Shown one piece after another: positions 23,606 through 33,990 of a DNA stretch of 64,000 bases. Position 1 is the first letter of the stretch. Each line of letters starts with the position of its first letter. A program made the translations under genes and the position numbers. A model generated the notes under the pieces. The model worked only from the letters and a program-made list of their open reading frames with translations. It ran no database searches and was not told the origin of the DNA. Source of the stretch: an uncultured Alphaproteobacteria bacterium (GTDB lineage: Bacteria; Pseudomonadota; Alphaproteobacteria; HIMB59; GCA-002718135); NCBI GenBank assembly GCA_902623255.1, contig CACNSY010000001.1, positions 152,328 through 216,327 on the forward strand, read 5' to 3'.

Positions 23606-24309
23606 GTCGAAAATCCTTTTGAATAATTTACTTCTAGCGTTTTAAAAACCCTGCCAGAGATTGTTGTTAAACATAAATACAATATTGCGGCTGTTATTAA
23701 GAAAGTTAAAGGTGAATGCTCAACGTTAGAAGATATTCTAGATTGACGCATAATTTCAACAAGACCAGTTACGGAAATAAGGGAAGTATCTTTAAGAGTT
23801 ATTTGCCATACATTCCCTATTCCCGGTAAAGCATGTCTTATAACTTGAGGCGAAATAACTTTAAAAAAAATACTAAATTTATTCATACCCAGTGCTCTTG
23901 CAGCTTCTATTTGACCCTTAGATATAGCCAAATAAGAAGCTCTTAAAACTTCACTCGAATATGTAGCTGATATTACTGCAATGGCTATTGTCGCAATTGT
24001 AAGTGCGTTTAGTTCTATATATTTATTATATCCAAATACTTTAGCTATACTCATAACAACAGCATTGCCGCCAAAGAAAATTAGATAGATAACTAATAAT
24101 TCAGGAACACCTCTTATTACTGTTGTATAAAAATTTGCAATAAATCTTGTTATTCTGTTTTGTATTATCTTTGCCCAAACTGTAATAATTGCTAAAAAAA
24201 GACCTAAGCCCATTGATAAAATGCTTACTAGTAAAGTCATGAGTGTTGCTATAAGAAATTCATCGCCCCACCCTGCATCGCCAAATACAAGTTTATCAAA
24301 TTTGAACAT
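23602..24309 (-). CDS. Polar amino-acid ABC permease (HisQ/OccQ-like)
   Basis: GWG N-terminus, RGVPELL, GQIEAARALGM, LKDTSL. Confidence 0.9.
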   Translation of the reverse strand: MFKFDKLVFGDAGWGDEFLIATLMTLLVSILSMGLGLFLAIITVWAKIIQNRITRFIANFYTTVIRGVPELLVIYLIFFGGNAVVMSIAKVFGYNKYIELNALTIATIAIAVISATYSSEVLRASYLAISKGQIEAARALGMNKFSIFFKVISPQVIRHALPGIGNVWQITLKDTSLISVTGLVEIMRQSRISSNVEHSPLTFLITAAILYLCLTTISGRVFKTLEVNYSKGFST

Positions 24310-24368
24310 ATAAAAGTAAACAAGTAATGATGAAAAATATACTTGTCTACCTTCTAATATATGAAATT

Positions 24369-25343
24369 TTAAATCAGAACTTTTTCTATTTCTTCAATCA
24401 CTCTAGAGACAGGTATTTTATTGATATTTTTTGAGTTAAAATCACTTGAAGATATAGAAAATAGATTTGGATTTTCAGGAGTAAATTTTGTAGAATCTTT
24501 TGGACCAAACAGTTTAATTAATGGGCAATATCCAGTGGACAACATATGACTAACACCGCTATCGTTCGATATGGCTAATTGTAAATATTTGGTGGTAGCC
24601 ATAATAATTTCTATATTTTGAAATCCAGTAATATGATCCTCGATAAATATTGAGTGAGGAAATATATTTTTTAATTTTTCTTTTAAATAAAGTTCATCAG
24701 GTCCAATAAAAAAAACTATAGTCTTATTATTTACTTGAAGATAGTTACATAACTCGATGTATTTTTCTAAAGACCAAATCTTATTTTTTTCACCTGCACC
24801 AGGTGCAATTCCTACATAGCTTTTATGTTTTAATAAAATATTACTTATTATTCCTTCGAGATTTTCACTTATTGGAATTTTAAAATCACTTCTATTTTTT
24901 TTAAAAACTATTAAATCTAATAAATCTAAAATGTAGTTTAAATAATACTTTCTTTTCTTGTTACTTTTAAATTTTTTAGAAGAAAAAAAACCATTAGCTG
25001 ATCCAGAAATAAAATTTTTATGCTTGATTCGTTTTAATGCTATAGTTCTTATTACTGATTTTTGTGTATCTAAAATATAATCAAAAAAATCACTCTCTAA
25101 ATTATATTTTTTTGATATTTTATTCCAAAAAAATGGACTAAGATTTGATTGATCAAGAATCTCATCAATATAATTACTTGCAATGAATTTAAGAGTACTT
25201 GAATAAACAGTTTTACCCTTATTAGTAAGCCAATATAATTTATAGTCTGGAAGTCTTGTTTTAATTTCGTGAAGAAGTTGTAATTTAATTATTCCATCTC
25301 CAATTTTTTCACCATTTGAAAAAACTAAAATTTTTTTAGTCAT
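24369..25343 (-). CDS. Glycosyltransferase family 9 (heptosyltransferase-like)
   Basis: IGDG near N-terminus, PGAG..K.W, SNDSGVSH, LFGP. Confidence 0.85.
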   Translation of the reverse strand: MTKKILVFSNGEKIGDGIIKLQLLHEIKTRLPDYKLYWLTNKGKTVYSSTLKFIASNYIDEILDQSNLSPFFWNKISKKYNLESDFFDYILDTQKSVIRTIALKRIKHKNFISGSANGFFSSKKFKSNKKRKYYLNYILDLLDLIVFKKNRSDFKIPISENLEGIISNILLKHKSYVGIAPGAGEKNKIWSLEKYIELCNYLQVNNKTIVFFIGPDELYLKEKLKNIFPHSIFIEDHITGFQNIEIIMATTKYLQLAISNDSGVSHMLSTGYCPLIKLFGPKDSTKFTPENPNLFSISSSDFNSKNINKIPVSRVIEEIEKVLI

Positions 25344-25556
25344 ATTAGAACACTTTAACACAAATTTTTTAAGAGTCTAATTTTCAAGAATTGTAGGATT
25401 AAATAGCGTAAATAAAACAAAACATTTCTAGGGTAATAAAAAGTAACATTTACGACCTAATTAACTAACCAATAATTATCAAAACTTAGACTTTTCTCTA
25501 ATAAAAGCTGTGTAGTTTATCTTTGAAAAAGCAAAAAAGTTACCCTCAAAAAAAAG

Positions 25557-25632
<76 letters not shown>

Positions 25633-25684
25633 ACAAGTCATCAGATAAAGTATTTATAATTAAATTCAATTAAAAATAGGATAA

Positions 25685-25864
25685 TTAATCAGATTTTATT
25701 TGCAGCCCATGTTCATCAGTGAGCCATTTCATCAAATCAAGACTAGCGCATTTTTTTGAACAAAAAGGTATAAATGGTTCCTTAGAAACCTTTTTACATG
25801 TTGGGCATTTAGATTTTTTTTTTAAAGAAATGATATTATTTTTTTTAGATTTTTTTATTTCCAT
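25685..25864 (-). CDS. yacG: DNA gyrase inhibitor YacG (59 aa, below ORF-track cutoff)
   Basis: Manual translation [59 protein letters not shown]; CPxC..PFCSxxC..DL..WL motif; infA-yacG-tRNA-Phe synteny. Confidence 0.9.
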   Translation of the reverse strand: MEIKKSKKNNIISLKKKSKCPTCKKVSKEPFIPFCSKKCASLDLMKWLTDEHGLQIKSD

Positions 25865-26073
25865 CTAAAAGTAATTCTGCCTTTTGTTAAATCATAAGGT
25901 GTCATTTCTACTGTCACTTTATCACCAGCTAATACTCTTATTCTATTTTTTCTCATTTTTCCTGATGAGTGAGCTAGAATTTCATGATCATTTTCTAATT
26001 TTACTTTAAACATTGCATTTGGAAGAAGTTCTAATACAACTCCTTGAAATTCAATCGATCCTTCTTTTGGCAT
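25855..26073 (-). CDS. infA: Translation initiation factor IF-1
   Basis: [38 protein letters not shown]. Confidence 0.98.
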   Translation of the reverse strand: MPKEGSIEFQGVVLELLPNAMFKVKLENDHEILAHSSGKMRKNRIRVLAGDKVTVEMTPYDLTKGRITFRWK

Positions 26074-26097
26074 ATTTGTATAAGCTTATAGTAAAAA

Positions 26098-27378
26098 TTA
26101 TTTCTTTTGTCTAATTTTAACTGACAATTTGTGTCCATCTAGACCTTCAAGTCCTGACATTTTTTCAGTATCTTCCGAAAGAGCATTAAAAGATTTTTTA
26201 TTCATACCAACAACAGATGTTCTTTTCATAAAATCTAAAACACCTAGACCTGATGAAAATTTTGCCGCTCCTGATGTCGGCAATACATGGTTAGTTCCTA
26301 CAATATAATCACCAAAAGCTTCGACAGAGTATTCACCTAAAAATATACCGCCAGCATTATTTATATTCGATAATAATTTTTTATTATTAGAAATGTGAAT
26401 ATGTAAATGTTCTGGTGCAACAAAATTTATGATTTCTGAAGCAAGTTCTATATTATCGACCAAAGCTATAATTCCATTATTATTTAAACTTTTTTCAATT
26501 ATTTTCTTTTTTGATAAATCTTTTTTAATTTTTTTAATTGAACTTAAGACTTTAGTTGCAAAATCTTTACTATCCGTAATTAAAATTGCTTGTGTATTTT
26601 CATCATGTTCTGCTTGAGCTATTAGATCTGAAGCTACCCAATCTGGATTATTATTGTTATTTGCAACAACTATTATTTCAGATGGTCCTGCTAGCAAATC
26701 TATACCTACTTTTCCATACAATTGTTTTTTTGCCTCTGCTACATAAGCATTACCAGGTCCAAATATTTTATTGACTGGCTTAATAGTTTGAGTGCCAAAC
26801 GTTAGTGCACTAATAGCTTGAGCTCCTCCTACAAAATATGTTTCTTTAATACCTAATTCCCTTATTAATTTTATAAAATATGGATTAATTGATTTAGTTG
26901 GTGGCGTGATACAAACAATTCTTTTTACTCCAGCTATGATTGCAGGTACTGCATTCATAATTAAAGATGAGGGATAAAAAGCCCTTCCTCCAGGTACGTA
27001 CAAGCCAACTGAATCAATAGGCTTCCATACAGATTTCAATGTTGCACCATTATTAGTATAGGTAATATTTTTAGGTAATTGTTTTTTGTGAAATGATGAA
27101 ATATTTTTTATAGCTTTTTTAAAACTATTAAATATTTGTGGCTCAACTTTAGGTTGTATTTTTATTTTAGATAAATCTAAACTAAGATCTTGTTTACTAA
27201 TTTTAACTTTATCAAATTTTGCTGCATACTTAATTAGAGATTTATCGCCATTTTTTTTTACATCATAAATAATTTTTTTTACATCTTCTTGAATTGATTT
27301 ACTTGATAATGAATTTCTTTTTTCAATCTTTGTCTGAAATTGATTATAAAAATTTTTATTAAATTTTATTATTTTCAT
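26098..27378 (-). CDS. hisD: Histidinol dehydrogenase
   Basis: GLYVPGG, GPGNAYV, AGPSE, QAEHD, APEHL, GTNHVLPT. Confidence 0.96.
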   Translation of the reverse strand: MKIIKFNKNFYNQFQTKIEKRNSLSSKSIQEDVKKIIYDVKKNGDKSLIKYAAKFDKVKISKQDLSLDLSKIKIQPKVEPQIFNSFKKAIKNISSFHKKQLPKNITYTNNGATLKSVWKPIDSVGLYVPGGRAFYPSSLIMNAVPAIIAGVKRIVCITPPTKSINPYFIKLIRELGIKETYFVGGAQAISALTFGTQTIKPVNKIFGPGNAYVAEAKKQLYGKVGIDLLAGPSEIIVVANNNNNPDWVASDLIAQAEHDENTQAILITDSKDFATKVLSSIKKIKKDLSKKKIIEKSLNNNGIIALVDNIELASEIINFVAPEHLHIHISNNKKLLSNINNAGGIFLGEYSVEAFGDYIVGTNHVLPTSGAAKFSSGLGVLDFMKRTSVVGMNKKSFNALSEDTEKMSGLEGLDGHKLSVKIRQKK

Positions 27379-28022
27379 TTAACAAAAGTACCTATTTCAG
27401 AAATAATTTTTGAAACCTCATTCATATTTGTCTTATAAGCTGATCTATTGACAATTAATTTAGATTGAATTTTCATTATTTCTTCAATTTCAGTCAAACC
27501 ATTTTCTTTCAATGTTTTTCCTGTAGAAACTAAATCTACAATTCTTCTACACATATTTAAAGAAGGGGCTAATTCCATAGATCCACTTAGTTTTATAATT
27601 TCTACTTGTATCCCCTTATTATAAAAAAATTTTTTAGTAATATTTGGGTATTTAGTAGCAATTCTAATATTACTCCAAGTTTCTGGATCCTCTTTTTTTA
27701 ATAAAGATTTCAAAGCAGCTACAGAAATTCGACAATGCCCAATATTTAAATCAAGCGGAGCATATATTTCTGAGTAATCAAATTCATTAATTACATCCTC
27801 ACCAGCTATTCCTATTTGAGCAGCTCCAAATGCAACAAATGTACATGCATCAAAGGCTCTTACTTTGATATACTCAATGTTTCTTTTTTTAGATTTAAAA
27901 GTTAACTTTCTTGTATCTTTATCAAATAGTAAAGGATCAGGGGCAAAACTTGTTTTAAGTAACAAGTTTTTACATTCTTTTGTTATTCTGCCTCTTGGTA
28001 CTGCAATAACTATTTTGCTCAT
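27375..28022 (-). CDS. hisG: ATP phosphoribosyltransferase, short form
   Basis: IAVPRGR, IATKYP, GSMELAP, IVDLVSTGKTLKENGL; 215 aa. Confidence 0.95.
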   Translation of the reverse strand: MSKIVIAVPRGRITKECKNLLLKTSFAPDPLLFDKDTRKLTFKSKKRNIEYIKVRAFDACTFVAFGAAQIGIAGEDVINEFDYSEIYAPLDLNIGHCRISVAALKSLLKKEDPETWSNIRIATKYPNITKKFFYNKGIQVEIIKLSGSMELAPSLNMCRRIVDLVSTGKTLKENGLTEIEEIMKIQSKLIVNRSAYKTNMNEVSKIISEIGTFVK

Positions 28023-28068
28023 AAATTGCAGGCTTTTATATTGTGATCAAAGAAAAAACTAGAAAAAG

Positions 28069-29325
28069 TTAGTTTTTCTGTCTTTTTATTTTTGCTCCCA
28101 AACTACCTAATATTTTTTCAATATTTTCATAGCCTCTATCAAGATGATAGACACGATTTAGTGTCGTTTGACCATTCGCATTCATAGCAGCTAACACTAA
28201 ACTTATACTAGCTCGTAAATCACTAGCCATTACCTGCGCTCCTTTAAATGTTTGATTGCCTATTATTGTGGCGGTATCTTTTTCTACTGTAATATTCGCA
28301 CCTAATCGATTCAGTTCAGGAACATGCATGAATCTATTTTCAAAAATTGTTTCTTTAATTTTTGACTTCCCATCAGAGATACACATAAGAGACATTAACT
28401 GAGCTTGTAAATCGGTGGGAAATCCTGGATATGGACTAGTTGAAAGACTAGTAGATTTTAGTTTTGATCCTTTAGAGACTTTTATCGAATTTTTACTTAC
28501 TTTTAATTTTGCACCCATTTTTTTTAAAATATCAATTAAGGATTTTAAATAAATAGTGTTAAAGTTATTTATTTCTAAAGCTGAATTTAACATTAAAGCT
28601 GCAATTATATATGTGCCAGCTACAATTCTATCAGCAATTATCTCATGCTCTGCTTTTTTTAAATTTGTTACACCTTGTACAAGAATAGTTTTTGTTCCAT
28701 GACCTTCAATTTTTGCACCCATTTTTATAAGACATTTTGACAAATCTTCTATTTCTGGTTCTCTTGCAGCATTAGAAATTTTAGTTTCACCTTTTGCCAA
28801 TACTGAGGCCATTAGTATATTTTCAGTTGCTCCTACACTTGGAAATGGTAATTTAATTTTATTTCCAATTAATTGTGATTTAACACTACCAACAACAAAA
28901 CCATTTTGAATTTCAAAATTAGCTCCCAATTTTGATAAACCAGCAAGATGTATATCTATTGGCCTAGTTCCAATAGCACATCCTCCTGGTAAAGATATTC
29001 TAGCCTCACCAAATCGAGAAAGTAATGGACCTAGAATCAATATGGAGGCTCTCATTTTTCGCACAACATCATAATCTGCTGATAGATTCTTAATTTTTGA
29101 TGGATTTATTTTTAATTTATTTTTTTTGTGTTCAATTTTTACACCATAATTTTTCAGTAATTTTATTAAATTTAAAACATCAACCACATTAGGTACATTT
29201 GAGAGTTTTAAAGTTTTTTTAGATAAAAGAGAAGATACTATAATCGGTAGTGCAGAATTTTTTGAACCATGAACATTAACTGCTCCAGAAATTTTTGAAC
29301 CTCCTTTTATTATTAATTTATCCAT
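28069..29325 (-). CDS. murA: UDP-N-acetylglucosamine 1-carboxyvinyltransferase
   Basis: GSKNS, LPGGCAIGTRP, SVGATEN, PGFPTDLQAQ, HLDRGYE. Confidence 0.97.
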   Translation of the reverse strand: MDKLIIKGGSKISGAVNVHGSKNSALPIIVSSLLSKKTLKLSNVPNVVDVLNLIKLLKNYGVKIEHKKNKLKINPSKIKNLSADYDVVRKMRASILILGPLLSRFGEARISLPGGCAIGTRPIDIHLAGLSKLGANFEIQNGFVVGSVKSQLIGNKIKLPFPSVGATENILMASVLAKGETKISNAAREPEIEDLSKCLIKMGAKIEGHGTKTILVQGVTNLKKAEHEIIADRIVAGTYIIAALMLNSALEINNFNTIYLKSLIDILKKMGAKLKVSKNSIKVSKGSKLKSTSLSTSPYPGFPTDLQAQLMSLMCISDGKSKIKETIFENRFMHVPELNRLGANITVEKDTATIIGNQTFKGAQVMASDLRASISLVLAAMNANGQTTLNRVYHLDRGYENIEKILGSLGAKIKRQKN

Positions 29326-29467
29326 TTTTGCTAATAGCTTTTTTTCTTTTTAAAATATTTGATTTCAGTTTTTTTTCTAACCTTTTTAATCTTGTTAAGC
29401 GTATTTCTTTTTTAGAATCATCTTTTACTTGATGTGTATCTTTTTCTTTATTTAATTTATCTGTCAT
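29318..29467 (-). CDS. Small basic protein upstream of murA (49 aa)
   Basis: Manual translation MTDKLNKEKDTHQVKDDSKKEIRLTRLKRLEKKLKSNILKRKKAISKNG; stop overlaps murA start; RL..(L)..N..RRK pattern resembles small proteins preceding murA in alphaproteobacteria. Confidence 0.7.
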   Translation of the reverse strand: MTDKLNKEKDTHQVKDDSKKEIRLTRLKRLEKKLKSNILKRKKAISKNG

Positions 29468-29476
29468 AAATAAGAT

Positions 29477-29623
29477 TTAATTTTTATTATTTTTTTTTAA
29501 TCCATTTTTAGAGCATTTCTTAGAACAATATAAAACATTCTTCCAATCTCTTTCCCATTTTTTTCTCCATGAGAATGGCTTATTGCAAACAATACAAACT
29601 TTAGATGGTAAGTTTTTCTTCAA
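29477..29623 (-). CDS. DUF2256-like small Cys protein
   Basis: [33 protein letters not shown]; likely TTG start at 29623. Confidence 0.8.
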   Translation of the reverse strand: MKKNLPSKVCIVCNKPFSWRKKWERDWKNVLYCSKKCSKNGLKKNNKN

Positions 29624-29627
29624 GATT

Positions 29628-30776
29628 TTACTCAAATAGGTAAAAATATCCGTAGGCAACAACTAATGCAGGAATTGCACTATAAAGGGTTGCTAAAATC
29701 GCAGCTTTTGGGGCAAGAGCAATTGCTGGGAATAAAGCATCACCATCATTTGAAATAGCATTACCAAGCTCTGCAGAAAGAGGAATGTAGCCATTTAGAT
29801 AAAACGTTGCTACAACAACTTGCGGTCCACAACCAGGTAAAAAACCAAATAGAATTGCTACCAATGGAACAAACGGTAGCCATAAATCAAAAAATATTTT
29901 TAAATCTAAACTTGTAAAATACATAAATATTTCAAAGACAAGAAAACCACTAATGACCCAGGTGGTTACAAAATTAGTTGTATCTACTACTCTTGATAAT
30001 AATCCTCTACTTTTATCAGTTGAGCATTGAAAATCACTTAATGGATTTAATGACCACATAAATATTGAAAGTATTGCTCCAGCAGAAGCAACAAAAACTA
30101 AAAGTGAGTTATAAGCTGGTGAAAATTCTATCTGGAATGCAACTAGAATACCTAAAATAAAACCAGGGATAAATAAAAAAAGCCAAAAGAAATTAAAATT
30201 CGATACAAAAGTTTTATTTATTTTTTCAAATTCAACTTTTATTTTCGTCTCTGATTGCATAAAATTTATGCCATGAATAAAATCAATTATATAACCTGAA
30301 ATAGATCCAACAATTATTCCAATACCAAATATTAAAAGTCCTGTTGTGGGCTCAATAGCAAGTATTAAAAAAGCTGCATCACCCATTGTTGCTGTTAACA
30401 CAGCGACTAAGGATCCAAAAGAAATACGGCCCTGAATATATTGCGTTACAACTATTATAGCTCCACCACATCCAGGTATTGCACCTAAAAAAGCAGCTAT
30501 ACCGACATGGAACTTTTGTGTCTTAGATAAAAAATTCTTAACATCAAATTTTGTTAAACTATCCAAGCCAATAAAAACAAATAGAGTAAATCCAACAAAA
30601 ACAGATACCTGGATATAAGCATCTATCATTGATGATCGTATAACTTCTCCAAACTCTCCTCCTTGAAAAACAAGAGAAAGTAATAATAGACCAAAGAAAG
30701 ATTTCTTTAATAACCTTCCATCATTCTCAAGAATGACCTTTGTTTTTTCATTAATAGCGTTAATTAGAGCATTCAT
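29628..30776 (-). CDS. Putative manganese transporter (10-TM DUF2899/ArsP-like)
   Basis: Duplicated PGCG motifs, [20 protein letters not shown]; divergent from MntR. Confidence 0.82.
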   Translation of the reverse strand: MNALINAINEKTKVILENDGRLLKKSFFGLLLLSLVFQGGEFGEVIRSSMIDAYIQVSVFVGFTLFVFIGLDSLTKFDVKNFLSKTQKFHVGIAAFLGAIPGCGGAIIVVTQYIQGRISFGSLVAVLTATMGDAAFLILAIEPTTGLLIFGIGIIVGSISGYIIDFIHGINFMQSETKIKVEFEKINKTFVSNFNFFWLFLFIPGFILGILVAFQIEFSPAYNSLLVFVASAGAILSIFMWSLNPLSDFQCSTDKSRGLLSRVVDTTNFVTTWVISGFLVFEIFMYFTSLDLKIFFDLWLPFVPLVAILFGFLPGCGPQVVVATFYLNGYIPLSAELGNAISNDGDALFPAIALAPKAAILATLYSAIPALVVAYGYFYLFE

Positions 30777-30796
30777 TGAATGTATATATAGCTAAT

Positions 30797-30818
30797 AAAT
30801 ATAGCTATGGCTACATTT
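30797..30818. promoter_or_regulatory. MntR operator
   Basis: AAATATAGC-TATG-GCTACATTT resembles the proteobacterial MntR box AAACATAGC-N4-GCTATGTTT; lies between transporter and mntR. Confidence 0.7.
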
Positions 30819-30856
30819 TCTGTTAATTTTTGTTGATAATTATGCTAAAAAAAAGG

Positions 30857-31246
30857 ATGTCATTCAGTAAAGTCCGAAATGCTCATAAAACAGAAAATAC
30901 TGAAGATTATTTAGAACTAATTGCAGAACTTTTAAATTCCAAAGGTGAAGCTCGTATTGTTGATATTGCTGAAAGCTTGGGTATTGCACAAGCCACAGCC
31001 AATAAAACAATACAAAGATTACAAACACAGGGTTTCATTAAAAGAGAACCTTATCGATCAATTTTTTTAACTTTTAAAGGTCAAAAAATAGCAAGTGAAT
31101 CAAGAAAAAGGCATAATATTGTATACAATTTTTTACTAAATCTTGGTTTAGACAAGAATACGGCCTCTGAAGATGCTGAAGGAATAGAGCATCATGTTAG
31201 TGAAAAGACACTTAGAAAAATGGATAATTTTAACTCGAAAAAATAA
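30857..31246 (+). CDS. mntR: Manganese-responsive DtxR-family regulator
   Basis: EDYLELIAEL, ARIVDIA, PYRSIFLT, RH, DAEGIEHHVS. Confidence 0.92.
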   Translation: MSFSKVRNAHKTENTEDYLELIAELLNSKGEARIVDIAESLGIAQATANKTIQRLQTQGFIKREPYRSIFLTFKGQKIASESRKRHNIVYNFLLNLGLDKNTASEDAEGIEHHVSEKTLRKMDNFNSKK

Positions 31247-31286
31247 ATTTAATTTATTGCCAAATCAATTTTATCTAGTGTATAAA

Positions 31287-31319
31287 AAAAGAAGGGACAC
31301 GGCGAATATCCCTTCTTTT
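31287..31319. terminator. Bidirectional terminator-like hairpin between convergent genes
   Basis: AAAAGAAGGGA-N11-TCCCTTCTTTT. Confidence 0.55.
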
Positions 31320-31410
31320 CATCATTGGTTTATGGATAGAAAATAAACCTAAGTAATAAATACCCGATTCTCGGTTTTGGCTCAAATTTTTTAATTAAAA
31401 AGCCTAAATT

Positions 31411-32034
31411 TTAATATTTTTGTAATAAAACAATTTTTATTTTTATTTTATTTTTGAAATCATTGTTCAAAGGTAGATAATTTAATGGTCTTGAAATTTT
31501 ATTGATTTTTAATGACTTTTGATGTTTTTTTAAAATACTTAAAAAATCCTGTTTCTCCCATAAATCTATTCTATGGGTAAATAGTACAAAGCCTTTTTCT
31601 TTAATATTTTTATTAATATTAGCAAAAAATCTGTCAAAGTTTTTGCAATACGTCATGGAGCCAATCAGGGAAATGAGATCAAATTTTATTTTATAATGAT
31701 GTAATTGTTCAAAATTTTTTATTTGTAATTTTTTATAAATTTTTTTTCCTGATGAAATTATCAGGCTTTTTTTTGAAATATCTGAACCATAAATATGACT
31801 TTTTGGATAAACTTTTTTTAATTCAGCACCAAATAAACCAGTTCCACATGCTAAGTCTAAGATATTTTTTGGTTTGATATTAATCGTTTCTTTTAAAAAT
31901 TTAATGCTTTTTTTAGGTGCTTGATAATTCCATAACTTGAGTGTTGCATCATAATTTTTTGACCAATCATCATAATATTTTGTTGTTTTACTCAAATTGC
32001 CAACGCCAGAAACTAGTGATTTAAAATTACTCAT
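31411..32034 (-). CDS. Class I SAM-dependent methyltransferase
   Basis: YYDDWSKNYD, ILDLACGTG, GSDIS. Confidence 0.85.
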   Translation of the reverse strand: MSNFKSLVSGVGNLSKTTKYYDDWSKNYDATLKLWNYQAPKKSIKFLKETINIKPKNILDLACGTGLFGAELKKVYPKSHIYGSDISKKSLIISSGKKIYKKLQIKNFEQLHHYKIKFDLISLIGSMTYCKNFDRFFANINKNIKEKGFVLFTHRIDLWEKQDFLSILKKHQKSLKINKISRPLNYLPLNNDFKNKIKIKIVLLQKY

Positions 32035-32833
32035 ATTTTAAAGAAGGAATTTTTTTTCTTATTTTATCTACATCAGAAATATTAATAGTTGAGTTAATAA
32101 TTGCAGGTTTATTTTTGGTACTATTTATAATCTTCCCCCATGGATCTACTAAAAGAGAATATCCATAGGTCTTCCTTTTCATATGATGATTTCCACACAT
32201 ACCTGTTGCCACAATAAATACATTATTCTCTATAGCTCGTGATCTATTCAAAACCTCCCAATGATCTTTTCCGGTTGGTCTAGTAAAAGCAGCAGGAACT
32301 AAAATAATTGAACAATCTTTTTTTGCAAGTTGCCTATATAAATTAGGAAATCGTAAATCATAACAAATTGTCATTCCTAATTTAATATTATTAATTTTTG
32401 TAAAAATTATTTTATTACCAGCTTTGAACAAAGATGATTCCTGATGTTTTTCTTTATTATTAATTTCAACATCAAACATATGTATCTTATCATATGTTTT
32501 TTTTATGACTCCATAATTGTTTATAAAAAAAGACCTGTTAATGAGCTTTTTGCGATTTTTGACTTTTAAAAGTAAAGAACCAAGATTTATACTAACTTTG
32601 TTTTTTTTAGCAAAATCTTTAGCCATTTTCAAAACTGGACAGGAATTTTGATAAGGTGCGTTTAACATTAAATAATTTTTGTCATTTGTAATTATATTCG
32701 AACATTCTGGAGTGCATATTAAGTGAGGTTTAAATTTGATTGCCTTGTTAAAATTTTGTTCAAGAAGTTTAGAATTAAAATTCGGTAGATGACTTGCAGA
32801 AAATTGGACTTGAGATACTTTAAGCTTATTCAT
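32027..32833 (-). CDS. Carbon-nitrogen hydrolase (Nit1/deaminated glutathione amidase-like)
   Basis: TPE, YDKIHMFDV, TICYDLRFP, PAAF..TGKDHW, RAIEN. Confidence 0.9.
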   Translation of the reverse strand: MNKLKVSQVQFSASHLPNFNSKLLEQNFNKAIKFKPHLICTPECSNIITNDKNYLMLNAPYQNSCPVLKMAKDFAKKNKVSINLGSLLLKVKNRKKLINRSFFINNYGVIKKTYDKIHMFDVEINNKEKHQESSLFKAGNKIIFTKINNIKLGMTICYDLRFPNLYRQLAKKDCSIILVPAAFTRPTGKDHWEVLNRSRAIENNVFIVATGMCGNHHMKRKTYGYSLLVDPWGKIINSTKNKPAIINSTINISDVDKIRKKIPSLKYE

Positions 32834-33990
32834 TTAAATTTTAGTAAGAAAACTAATCCAGAGGTAAACACTATAATACATAATAAATACATATTTAATG
32901 TAAGAGAATAAGCTTCAGCTAAAAATCCAATTCCAGCAGGCATAATCATTGTTGATGATAATCCGATTGTTATAAGGTTAGTCACAGTCATAGGAATACT
33001 CTCATTAGACTGTTTAACTGCCTGTCTAATAATAATGGGTACTAAATTGGCTATAGCAAATCCATAAAAGCTTAAAACAACAAGAATAATATAAAAATTA
33101 TTGGTTAACAAAGATAAAAGCATTATTGATGCACCAATCATCACAAAGTGGCAACCTACAACTTTTTCACTAAATAAATTGATTAATGAATTAGAAAATA
33201 AATTAGCAAAAATTGCTCCAATACTAAAGAAAATTAAACCCATACTTGCCAAGTAAAGTGGGGCATTTAAATCTTTTGATAACCATAATGTTGACCAATC
33301 CATAATTATTCCACCGGAGCCAAAAATAAAAAATAATAAAAACCCAAATAATAGAACATTAGTTTCAGGTATTTTGAATTTTTCACCAACACCTTTAAAG
33401 TCTAAATTACGCGGTAATCCAAATGAGAATACAAAAAAAGATATAAAGATTGATAAAAAAGACAAGATAGTTAAAAATATATAAGGTTCATAATTATATC
33501 TCATAATTATACCTGCTAACCCTCCTCCAATTAGAATACCTAAATTAAATCCCATCGCATAATATGGAGTAATAATTTTCTTAAAATGTTGTTCAATTAA
33601 TTGAGTATGAATTCCACCTATAGGGCCAGATGCGCCCCAACCTATTCCAGCTGGTATCGATGTTAATAAAAAATAAAAATACGAAGGAGACACAATTGAA
33701 AGTAAAGTAGAAAAAGTAACAAGTGGAAAAGCCAAAGACATTATCAATTTTGTTCCATATTTTGGAACAAGTATTCTTCCAGCTATCTGGTTAGAGATGA
33801 TAAAAAATATTCCAAATAATAGTATTGCAAAGCTTAAATCAGACTCATCTATTGATAGTCTATTCATATTCCATGGAGTTACACCAAAGTAGCAGCCAAC
33901 TACTATCATGGGATAAGTTGATGTAATTATTGAAGCAAGTGTTGCTCTTCTAAATATTTTAATTTCTTCTGACACAAAAATTTTTACCAA
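32830..33990 (-). CDS. MFS transporter (YbjJ-like)
   Basis: About 12 hydrophobic segments, DWSTLW motif; overlaps AKR stop. Confidence 0.75.
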   Translation of the reverse strand: MVKIFVSEEIKIFRRATLASIITSTYPMIVVGCYFGVTPWNMNRLSIDESDLSFAILLFGIFFIISNQIAGRILVPKYGTKLIMSLAFPLVTFSTLLSIVSPSYFYFLLTSIPAGIGWGASGPIGGIHTQLIEQHFKKIITPYYAMGFNLGILIGGGLAGIIMRYNYEPYIFLTILSFLSIFISFFVFSFGLPRNLDFKGVGEKFKIPETNVLLFGFLLFFIFGSGGIIMDWSTLWLSKDLNAPLYLASMGLIFFSIGAIFANLFSNSLINLFSEKVVGCHFVMIGASIMLLSLLTNNFYIILVVLSFYGFAIANLVPIIIRQAVKQSNESIPMTVTNLITIGLSSTMIMPAGIGFLAEAYSLTLNMYLLCIIVFTSGLVFLLKFK

